Below, in pieces: positions 24,046 to 35,203 of a stretch of 64,000 nt of DNA. The notes below the pieces were generated by a model. That model had not been told where the DNA came from. It ran no database searches and worked only from the letters and a program-made list of their open reading frames with translations. Origin of the DNA: Bilabrum cf. latius (Eukaryota); contig OZ237751.1 of NCBI GenBank assembly GCA_965178125.1, positions 806,001 through 870,000 of the forward strand. The letters are read 5' to 3'. Position 1 is the first letter of the stretch, and every line of letters begins with the position of its first letter. The translations under genes and the position numbers were made by a program.

Positions 24046-24939
24046 TCTGTGGGGTTGATAAGCGAAGGTCGTTTACAAATAGGTGTGGTAAGTCGGTGCA
24101 TGAAATAGGAAATCGGATTCTGTGGTGCTCCTACCACGCCACAGGCCACTATTCTAGCTGACGCAGCTTGAGCGTCCAGCCAAAACTTTGAATCAATCAA
24201 TATACTTTGCACTTCTGGACTAATACTCGTGTCGTCGCGCACAAATGGTTGTGGTCCGAGGAGAGTGGCCCATGAAAATCTACATTCTGCTCGCATCGAC
24301 TTGAAGCTTCCAGCTTCCACCGAGATGCTGCGCAATACAGTGATTGGATAGAGCATATCTTACATGTGATAGGAGCTATACAACGATCGTACCAGGATAT
24401 TTCCTAGAGGTTGAAATACAGGGTTGTGGAGCCACCACGACTCGGCAGCAAACATTGCGGAACCAACCACACACGTGATGCGCGGCGATATTCGTCGTCA
24501 TCATGCAGCCACCGCACGAATGCCTGTGCACCAATATGGCGATCATGTCCGTCGGCCACTGACGGTAGGGACGAATGTGGCTTATCCAGGAGCTGCAGCT
24601 ATGTTCTACGGTTGAGACTACGCGATAGTACCAGTGGGGCCACTGGCAGCCGTTGGCTTTGCTAGCGATACTTGTCATGCCAAGGCCTCCGGGCATGCCC
24701 TTGCATAGACGAATGGATGCTCCAGCCCTCGGCTACCGTCATGTATAAACACAAGTCTAATGGGTTGACCTGCATCTATGAACGCGTCGTCTGGGGCACG
24801 GGGGGAACCTACTCTGGTGTTGCACAAGCGCTGCGACCACTGGCACCGGCGCGGCGCCGGCGGCGGCGATATTGGCCAAACCGGAACAACATCCAAGCGG
24901 TTCACTTTCAAATTCACTGAATTGCTAGTGACAGGACGA

Positions 24940-27168
24940 ATGGACGACCCAAACCACCCTGCAGTCGACGACGATGAATAGGAAGAAGTATGCTGTCTTG
25001 GCTGCTGCACGAAGCGCCAGTGCGAGGAGTATGATTACACCTGGCTGTATCAAGACGTCGCTCTGTTGGTGCTCGGCGGTTTGATGGCACTTGCAAGCTT
25101 TGGCGCATGGCTAAACGATGCAACCTAGATATCAGGAGGTGTCGAGACGTGGAGGATCCCTGCTTTGCTCGCGATCGTGATCATTGCCGCGCCATTTGCC
25201 AGGCTGGTGCAAGCGGCGGTGTTTCGGGTGCTGCAGCTGTGCACGTGTACAAAAGCCTGCCGAGACCTGAATTTCATAATCAGCTCCATGGAAGGCATTC
25301 CCGCAATGTTTTGCCTGACTGCCGTGGTTGGCTGGGCCGCGTCTGGGCCGGTGCTAGATCTGCCAACTAGCGGGCTGTCCGACGCTTAGCGGGACACGCA
25401 AGCCTGGATCAGTCGAGCGTTCGGCTGCGTGCTAACAGTGTCATTAGTTCTTGGGGCAAGACGCGCACTCGTCCGATACGCGCTGTGGGGTGTCCTGCAG
25501 CGAACCGCCCAGGAGCAGGCGCAGCAACTCGACAGGCTTCAGGCAGTCGCCATGCAGCTCACGTCGTCGCTCCGGCCGGGGTGGCACTGGCCGAGCCTTG
25601 CCGTCGCAGCAACGGGAAATGGGGCAGGCAGCCAGAGCAGCGATGCCTCCGCACCCTCGGGAAACACAGGGGGCCCAGCAGCGAACAGCATCACGCCCCT
25701 GCCCTCCTTGTCCTCGTCCTCGTCCTCGTCAACCGGCCATCGCAGGAGCTACGGACCGGGAGGAGTCGCGGTGGATCTAGACCCCAGCAGCGGAACCGGC
25801 GCCGCGGAAAAGGAGGACCCGGAGGTGGCCCAGGCGCGCCTGAAGCGCATCAAGCTCCGACTGCACGACGCCAGGGGGCGCCCCCACTCGGTGCAGAGGG
25901 AGGATCTGGTCCGATCCATTGCCCGCAAGGCTTTCAGGGCATTGGCAAGATCAAAACAAGCGGTCATGCCTGCGGCTTTCAACGGTGATGGTGACGGTGG
26001 CGGTGACGAGGAAGGCAGCCTTGGTGGTGGCGGGCCCGTCTGTCGGCCCGCGGCGCACACGCGCAATACCGAGGCATCAACGACCGCGACCAGCGGGGCG
26101 GGTGCATCAAACGACGGTGCAAGCGGCCCGGCACCCTCCAAAAACCCCGTAGCTGCCGTGACGAGTGCACTGGGGGTGGGCCAGAGCCTGCTGTCCCGCG
26201 GGATCCACCTCATGGCCGGGACGGAGAACTCCCGCGGCAAGCACGATGACGTCGAAGAGGGCGACGAGGAGCTCGAGCTGGTGGAGGGGGATTTCCGGCT
26301 GGTGCTGCAGGACCCCGACCTCGCAGATGAAGCCTTTCCCTACTTTGATGCATCCGAAGACGGGAACGTGAACATCGATGAATTTGAGGCGGGTTTCGCG
26401 CAGATCTTCAAGGCGTTCCAGGCGGCGAAATCGTCCGTGGCTGGGGGAGGGGCTGTATCTGGGGCCATGGACACGGTCGCAGACATTCTGTTTTACCTGG
26501 TGGCTGCGGTCCTGATCCTGACGTACGCTGGCGTGTCTGTGAACAGCATCTTCGTGCCCATCGCCTCGATCATTCTGGCTTCGTCCTTTGCCCTGGAATC
26601 GGTCATATCGGACACGGTGGCGTCGTTCGTGTTCGTGGTGGTAGTGCGGGCATATGATGTGGGCGACAGGATCGTGGCAGAGGGAGTGAGAGACGAGCAG
26701 GTGCTCGTGGTGGAGGCAGTGGACATCCTCACCACCACCTTCACCATCCCGGCCTCGGGCCGCAGGGTCTCCGTCCCCAACCACGTGCTGGCTGGGACGC
26801 CCATCGAGAACCTGAAGAGGTCGCCGAAGGTGACTCTGACGTCACACGTGCAGGTAGCGCACGACGCGACGGCGCAGCAGCTCGATGCTGTGCGGGCCGA
26901 CGTCGAGCGATTCGTGGGGGACCCCTCCCGCGGCCAGGAGTGGAAGCCGGGGGCGAAGCTCTTCGTAGAGAGCGTGGAGGGCGCCGGGGAGGGGTCGTCT
27001 CAGTTGCGGCTCCGGATCCAGGCGAGGCCCCGGCGCGCGTGGCAGGAGCTACAGAAGGTGCGCAAGCTTCGGTCCGAGCTGCTGATGGCCTTTGTGGACA
27101 GCACCCGGGCCCACGGGGTCAAGTTCATCACCGAGGACGAGGGCGGGCAGCAGCCCACTAGCACATGA
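24940..27168 (+). CDS. MscS-family mechanosensitive channel with EF-hand-like motif (paralog 1)
   Basis: N-terminal TM region joined through 3 TAGs. FDASEDGNVNIDEF; SFVFVVVVRAYDVGDRI; VPNHVLAGTPIENLKRS. Ends TGA. Confidence 0.9.
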
Positions 27169-27356
27169 ATGCATAAATACGATACCTGCGCGCCTCTTTT
27201 TTTCTTTGTCGCGCAACCTAGATGATGTCTGCGCTTGGTCTATATTATATGCTTCATCTTCATAATTAGGAACGGTTGCAACCTTACCACAATTTGGAAC
27301 CCGTCGCGACAATCCATCGTTTCTTGTAGCCTTATGGCTCTTATTTCCGAGTAAAA

Positions 27357-30300
27357 ATGATTCAGTACTTAATAATTGCTGTAGTTGTGCTCTGTGTAGC
27401 GCTAGCAGTCGTGGCAACGGCCCTGGTACAGGTGGTGCTGAAGTAGAAGAGTGAAGATGGTGCGCATCGCAGGAAACACGGCAGGCACAAGCGGAAGTCG
27501 TCAACGAGCAGCAATGGCAGCGAATCCGATGATTCCACCAAGGAGCATGAGAATCTGGTGTCATTGCGCTAGAGGAAGAAAGATCTGTCGCAAACTAGCA
27601 CGGCTTCTGACGTTGAACGAAGCGTCGATGCATCGCCGCACGATGTTGTCAAGAGCTCCGAAAAGCCTGAAGGTGCCAGCAGCAAAATCAACGTTCACTC
27701 CCAAACACCGACAGAACTGTCCGCTTCAGCCGACATTCACGGTGGCTAGAACAGCCATGATGAGGCACCGCACCACAACGTTGTTCCGCCCGAACCAGGT
27801 GCGGAAGCCACAGGAGATGTGCCGGGATCAGCAACTGAGCCACTTGCGAGCATTCATAAGTCTGCGACTCGGGCTGAAGAGTCGCTTGCAGGTGTTCCTA
27901 CTGGTACTTGCGAGATTGGCAGTCTGAGTTCGCCAGACAGCGAGGTGCCGACTGGTGCCCCGGAGCAGCAGGAAATGGATACGCCGCCCGGTGGCGCCAA
28001 AGTACCCGAAGCACATTCTACAATGCTTGCACATCCTTAGAGCGACGATGGTGACGCGGCAATCGCTGCCAGCGATGCGAGCCCAGCCCACGCCAGACTC
28101 GTCACGGGGGCACGCGACGATTCCCGCGTGCAGTCCCGCGGCGAGCTGGGCCGGACTGAAGGGCGCAATGCAAGCAAGGACGATGAACTTTCTGGATCTG
28201 CCCCCGAGGAACACGGGCATGGAATTGCGCGAGTGACGAGTGACGGTACTGAGCTGGCTACATGGGCCGTTTCCGCCGCAAGCGGTGCCATCGAGCAGGA
28301 ACAGGAACAAGGACAGGAGACCCAAGAGCAAGCAGTGGCGCCGGCTGCAAGCAGCGGAGCAGAGGTCGAATAGAGCGCTGATGTGGCTGACGATGCGCCG
28401 CCGCAGCAGCACAGTCTGGATACACACGAGGAGCATGATATTACAGGTGTGCCGGAGACTGCTGGTGGCTCCCCGCCGGGACAGTGCGCCGAAGAACAAA
28501 GCGATGAGCCAGAACAGGCCGTGCAGATGGCTAGTGTGGGGAGTGGACCAGCGGAAGCAAGGGCGGCGCCAGGTGCAGCAGGTGATGTAGCAGTTGGGGT
28601 CTCGGGAGCGATGGAAACAACGGGAACTGCTTCACCTGGATCAAATAGTGCAGCCGCTGCTGGGCAACTATTCACCGTTTCTACTACCGCGGATGCCGCG
28701 CCGCCAGCAGAGGCATCTGCGTTTCAGCCAGCCGAGGAAGCGTCTCCAACCAGCATGGCGACGCAGCAAGCATCGGAGCAGCCACAATCGCGACTGCCTA
28801 GAGCAGAGCAGGCCGTGCATGCCACTCCTACAGCCACCGATGCATCCGCTACAACCAGCGGCGTGTCCACATTGGAGTCCACGACAGCAATGGGCCGAGG
28901 CCGAGGCCTAGACGGTCCAGGTGCATCAGCTGCAGCAGTCCCCGGTCTGGCTCTGCACGCCGCAGGGACCGAACCACCGGCCCCTGCCCCTGCCTCTGGC
29001 CCCGCTCCTGTCTCCGCGCGCACTGGCGGCAGCCACACGTGGGCAAGCGCGCTCCCGCTGCCCTCGGGACAGTCCTCTGCCTCGTCTGGTGCCTCCTGGG
29101 CATCAGACGCGGGGGCAGGCAGGGGCTGCGTGAGTGGCACACGCGGGGTACAAGAAGAAGGAGGACGTGGCGGACCTGTTACCGCGGATGCAAGCGAGTC
29201 ATACGCAGGCTCGCTCACCCGCGGAATCACGCCGACTAGGGATCTGGCGTGGGCGGATCTGGGGCAGGCTGGTGCATCTGGGAGGCACATGGAGGCCAGT
29301 CGGTGGGGCAGCGCCGAGGCCTCCCCTCACCTGACCTTCCAGTATGGTGGATCTGCTGCTGATGGTACGTCTGCTGCTGCTGTGTCTGCTGTGTCTGCTG
29401 TGTCTTGCACCAGTCCCTCCCCCAGTGGTGGTGAGGGCACGTTCACGCTCCCGGCTGCAGTGCATGGGGGTGCACCGCAGGTCCTGGGGCATGGCGTCGC
29501 GTACGCGGGGCCGCAGCAGTCTGCCTCGCAGGATGGCAGGCGTGGGAACGGACTGGGGTTCGGGGGCACGACTGGGGCTATCCGAGGCGTGGGTGGTGAG
29601 CAAGCATCGGCTGACCCCCTGCCAGCCACAGCCCTGGATGGAGTGAACGCGTTTGTCCCAGGCGCCGCGGCCTCAGCCAGGCCTGCCATGCTGGGCGCGT
29701 CCACGGGATAGGGCCGCAGCGGCACTGCAAGCGCTGCCATGAATGGACCCCACGTGCTAGTGCAGCACGCCGTGCAGCACGCCCCCCCGCCCCCGCCCCC
29801 GCCTCCGCCGCCACCGCCAACTGGGCTTGCGCCGCATCAGCAGCAGCCCCAGTCGCAGGGCGGAGAGGACGGCCCGCAGCTGTCAGCAGACCACGATTGG
29901 GTTGACCTCTCGTCCTTCGGGGTGACCGGCCTGGTCTCAGCTGATGCCCTGCCGCAGTTCCAAGCCGTTGCAGGTGTCAGTGGTGGGCAAACCGTCGCGC
30001 ATTACCAGCTAGCCGGCGCCATGCAGGCTCCACGTATCACTGTCCCTTTGCATCGGCCCGCCGCCAGCTTGCCCATGCCAGTAACCCAGGCGCAGAGCGT
30101 GGGGGAGCAGCAAAACTCCACCGGGGGCGGCGGCGGCCTCTCGCCCCGAGCAGTGGCGAAGCGGGCAGCGGCGATGACCAGGGCTGTTTCACGGGAGAAC
30201 CTCGCAGCCATGCACCCGACCCGGCTGCCTTCGCAGCCCCCATTGCCTAGGGAGCCCCTGCCCCGTACGCTGGCTGAGGCAAGGGGCCTCAAGCAGCAGC

Positions 30301-32750
30301 AGCAGCAGTAGCAGCAGCAGCCGCAGTCGGGTCCCGGCGGGTAGGCACTCGGACGGCCCGCAAGTCTCCCCGTTCGCGCGGATGCACGTGGAGCTCCCGG
30401 TTCAGCTGCAGCTGCAGCTGCTGCAGAACTCGGTCAAGATGGGGAGACTGAGATCGTGCCCGCTCCGGCGGTGGCAGACTTCCCGCGCGAGCGTGGCATG
30501 GTGCGGCACGTGAAGGACAACTTCGGGTTCATCGTCAGAGGGGTGCAGGCGCTGGCGGGGGGTAACCTGCCCGGCAGTTCAAAAGGAGGCAGGGGAGCGA
30601 TCTTCTTCCTCACCGACCAGGCCAGGCGCAACGTGGCCTTGCAGAGGGGAGACTACGTGGACTACGCGGTCAAGCCGGGCCGCGGCGGGGGCAGGAACCA
30701 CAAGAAGCCGATGGCGGTCGACATCGTGCTGCTAGCCAGGCGCGGCGGACTCATCCGTGACCAGACACCGGAGACTGGGGACGTTCCGTGGAGGAGGCCC
30801 CGCGCGGATTCGTTCCGACGCAACTCTGTACCCGAGGCCGGGACGCTGCAGGGCCCCAGGCATGAGGGCGAGGTGGATCCTCAGCTGGTGGCGCTCGCGC
30901 ACGCAGACGCAGCCATGCCGCTTATCACGCCTGCTCAGCTAGCCGCGGCAGCTCAAGCCACCGGACTGAGTCCCCAGGTGCTGGCATAGGCCCACCCCAC
31001 GGTCAGGGCGCTCTTCCTGCGACGGGCTGCCGCCTCTATGCATCAGCAGCAGCAGCTGCAGCAGCAAGGCGGCGGTGGCGGTGGGAGTGCAGCGGGGTCT
31101 GAGGCTGCAGTGCCAGCGGGTGGTGCTGGCGCTGGAGCAGCAGGTCCGGTGGAATCCCGGCCAAGATCGATGGCGGAGGTTTCGTCCACGTGGCGCGCGC
31201 GGTCCAGGGAACAAGGAGAGAAGGCAGTTCCTGATGCGCCACCGCCCACTCTGGGCCGCCCCATCGCACCGGGCGAGAGGACGGGCCGCGTGTACCGCTC
31301 CAGTGCGCTGAGGCAGTCGGCAGCGAAAGGCCAGGTTGAAGCGGCGAAGTCTGGCCCTACCACGAGCGGATCCACGCCTCAGCCTGGGTCATAGTTCTCG
31401 GGCAAATCCTCCTCCTCTAGCAACGCCGCCGCTGATGGAGGCCCCTCGCAACCCGTAGCGGAGCCGCACCCACACGGGGTGATCGGAGAGGACATGGGGC
31501 GGCTGCGGCAGTGGCTGCACGACGAAGTGCCGGTGCGGCGGAGGGGGGATTCGTTCCGTCGCAACTCGCTGCCGGACGCGATGCTTTCCAGCTTCACGGA
31601 CGGGGGCGGGGAGCAGGACCAGGAGTGGCGGGCGCTCCGGGCGCAAGGCTACCAGTATGCCTGGAACGGGGACCTGCTGGACGACCAGTCTCCTGCACCT
31701 TCGGGCCCTGGGGCCAGTGCCGAGTACGGTTCGTACAAGCATCGGATCATGGCTGCTGCGGCGGGGGCCGAGCCATCGATGCTGCTCTCTCCCCTCGAGC
31801 CCCCTGAGAGCCCCAGGCGAGTTCGGCTGGGATCCATGGCCTCCCGCCGCAGGTCCACGTCCGGCGCGACGGACGGCAGCGACTCTGGCGGGAAGATGTT
31901 CACCTTCAGCTCCATCCGCGCCCTCCTGCCGGGGCTTGACGAGGGCCCAGGGCTGGGCCTCGGGGGCGAGGAGGACGGGGCTCAGGGGTCGCTGGGCGCG
32001 GGCGGTGCCGACTGGCCCAAAGGCGTCGATGCCGGACACTCCCGCTCGGAAGTTGCGTCGGGCCGGGGCTCGGGAAGTCGCTATTAGCGAGAGCCTTTGC
32101 CTGAGCATCAACGTGACGTGCAGCGCACGACCCATCAACTAGGGGACGCGTCGTTCTAGCAGCTAGGCAGCGCGACTGCCACACGGGAGTAGCAAGAGCA
32201 TGTGCTCGGAAGCCATGACGCAGCCACCGGCAGCGCCGATGGCTCCAGCTGCAGCAGCTGGGCTGGCGAGCAATCTTCACCAAGCCCACCACCTCAAAAA
32301 TCAGGGATCGGCCCGACCGATTCGGGTTCATTGCCTGCCTCCCGGGCACGTGACCGGCTCGCGACAGATGAAGACATGCAGCAGGCATCCCTGGCTGTGA
32401 CTGCTGCGCGTGCGTCTGCACGAGGACGCGGTGGTACCGCGACCGTGGGGCTGAATAATGGGGTGATGTCTCCAACTAGTGCGCGAGCGGCCGAGTGCAA
32501 GCAGCTGGCAGCGGTTCGAGAAGGTCTGGGAATGCTCATGGACGAAGATTTTGATGGACCCGTGTCTGAATCAGGCAGCTCAGGCCAAGTAGCACCCAAG
32601 CGCAAGAAGACTCGTCGTGGAGGTCGAAAGTTGTCAGCCCGCAGGAAAAGAAAGTTGCTTGAGGCACAGCAGCTGGACGAGAGCAATCCACAAGGACGTG
32701 CAGCAGCAGATCAGCAAGCTCCGGAAACTGTTGCTTCTGACAATAGCTGA
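27357..32750 (+). CDS. About 1800-aa protein: N-terminal TM anchor, long disordered regions, one cold-shock (OB-fold) domain
   Basis: Eight listed ORFs share one frame, joined by about 13 TAGs, from ATG 27357 (MIQYLIIAVVVLCVALAVVATALVQVVL). CSD motifs ERGMVRHVKDNFGFI..IFF..LQRGDYVDY..AVDI at about 30486-30735. Ends TGA. Confidence 0.75.
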
Positions 32751-34100
32751 TATTCAAGGATACTGTTTATTTTATTTCGAAATGGAAGCGCGATAGAGAA
32801 GATGTGATTGAGCGCTCCTGATAGGAGCGCAGCCGCGATTCCGTAGCTCAATAGTGATTTGAGAGCTTGATTTTTATCAAAAGTTATGAATGGCTCAAAT
32901 TTAAGAATAAGTTTGGCACAAAATCGAAGCACAGCATCAGAATGAAATGCTTGGGATACCGCATGAGATCATCAATGAAAACAATGGTGAGTACTTAAGA
33001 ACTTATTTTAGTATCATGGTGCGTTACGAAATACTGTAAATCACATTTCAACCGAACAAAACTCAAATTTTGAGATCCAATTCGATCTTGAGTCCAGGCA
33101 CCGAATCCCTAAACCTTACAGCCCAGTATCACATCCTCGACCCACATCATTGTTAACCACTTGCCGATTCCCTACGATCAATACAATAATCAACCCATTT
33201 TAATCAAAATTAGACAGCCAACGAAGCCAGATTTTCGTTCTGTTAGCTCAAAATCAGCCCAAAAAAATCCTTTGTAGTTTTGCGACGTTGTTCCAAAATT
33301 GAAGTAACATTCAATGTCAATGCATCAGACATATCGAAGCATTGAACCCATCACTCATGCCAACAATATCTTGCAATCGTCTAAAGACACTAAGTATAAT
33401 GCAAAGATCTCCTGTGTCCTTTGATAAGAGTAGTAAGACAGTATCATTCTATCGTTTTCTCACTTTTCGACCAATGGGATTCTACGAAGTCATCAACTTG
33501 TCACATCCAATTGGCAGCTCTTGTAAAATAGCAAGTCTACAATGTGTCGATCTTTCGTTCATTTCAATCGTTTCATCAACAATTAGCTTAACGCAATATG
33601 GATGTTCAAAAATATAGAAGTATGAGCAAAAATTGAAAGCAGTTTTCGAATAGGGGAAAAATAGGCAGATACAACGGGAACGCACAGGCTCTTGCTCTGC
33701 AAGTGTAATTCTAAGCAACTCCGCAATTTGAATTATCAACCCAACCCGAAGCGAACCGGGAGCTAAGTCGGATTCGATGTGTGCGCTTTCTACAAAATGT
33801 GACAGTTACGTCTTTATTATTGAACACGGAAGGGTTGATTAATTAGTCTGTGACTGCTGCATAATAATTCAAACCGACAGCTGATGTATAGCTGCAGTGT
33901 GGAAATCAAGCAATCTCCATGTCACTGTTGCAGGGAAATAATTAGAGTAGTTAAAAGGGCCGCCTATTATACTCAATCACAAAATGCAAAGCAGGCATTG
34001 AACGAGTGGGCCTTTGCGAATTATATGAAGTGCCGAATATTAAAGTTGCTGTGTAAAGTGCAGGCCTGCACCAATCGCCATATGAGTATAAATGTATGGC
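32751..34100. other. AT-rich gene-poor island
   Basis: Sample lines 33181-33240 and 33601-33660 have 20/60 and 18/60 G+C, far below the flanking genes. No recognisable protein. Confidence 0.8.
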
Positions 34101-34101
34101 G

Positions 34102-34786
34102 CCAGCACCAGCACCAGCACCAGCACCAGCACCCCAGCACCAGCACCAGCACCAGCACCAGCACCAGCACCAGCACCAGCACCAGCACCAGCACCAGCAC
34201 CAGCACCAGCACCAGCACCAGCACCAGCACCAGCACCAGCACCAGCACCAGCACCAGCACCCCAGCACCAGCACCAGCACCAGCACCAGCACCAGCACCA
34301 GCACCAGCACCAGCACCAGCACCAGCACCAGCACCAGCACCAGCACCAGCACCAGCACCAGCACCAGCACCAGCACCAGCACCAGCACCAGCACCAGCAC
34401 CAGCACCAGCACCAGCACCAGCACCAGCACCAGCACCAGCACCAGCACCAGCACCAGCACCAGCACCAGCACCAGCACCAGCACCAGCACCAGCACCAGC
34501 ACCAGCACCAGCACCAGCACCGGCACCAGCACCAGCACCGGCACCAGCCCCAGCACCAGCACCAGCACCAGCACCAGCACCAGCACCAGCACCAGCACCA
34601 GCACCAGCACCAGCACCAGCACCAGCACCAGCACCAGCACCAGCACCAGCACCAGCACCAGCACCAGCACCAGCACCAGCACCAGCACCCCAGCACCCCA
34701 GCACCACAGCACCAGCACCAGCACCAGCACCAGCACCCCAGCACCCCAGCACCCCAGCACCCCAGCACCAGCACCAGCACCAGCAC
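34102..34786. repeat. (CCAGCA)n microsatellite, about 685 bp, with CCCCAGCA and CCGGCA variants
   Basis: Directly visible. Confidence 0.99.
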
Positions 34787-35203
34787 TGCTACCACAGACC
34801 CAAACTGTCAAGCGGACTGCATGTTTTTAGTTTAGAGCGCAGTGCTGGTCGCAGTTGCAAAGCAAGGCTGCTCGGTGCGCTCGGTGATTCGCTGACGGGT
34901 TCCTCGATGGACCACCATTGATCCGATCCGATCCACCGGCCGTGCAGGCAGAATAGTGGCATTGTTCGAAGGTTTTTAGAGTGGAATTAGTATTCTAATC
35001 CCGCCAGTCCAACTTTGATTTGTCCATTACTTGCGTCAGCCATATCGATTTAGTCTTCAGTGCTAGAGGCACGACGCTAGCCTCTGAAGTGGAGTTTTCG
35101 TCCTGTTGACATCGTTGTGGAGCAGAACAAAGGCGCGGTAGATCGCCACCAGGGTTCTGTCCGGGTGAATCCACACAATTACTACTACGAATAGGCAGCA
35201 GGT

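Noticed and set aside
24180-24900. About 230-codon minus-strand frame open only if TAG is read through
   Set aside because: No motif or convincing composition. With one fewer stop codon in GC-rich DNA such frames arise by chance. Left uncalled.
33100-33125. CCCTAAA telomere-like heptamer
   Set aside because: Single copy; expected by chance.
33316-33739. Overlapping antisense frames of about 130-140 codons in the AT-rich island
   Set aside because: No recognisable similarity to viral, transposon or cellular proteins by eye.
33884-34921. Long poly-PA/ST/QH/GA ORFs in all six frames
   Set aside because: A by-product of a stop-free hexamer microsatellite; the flanks show no coding signal.
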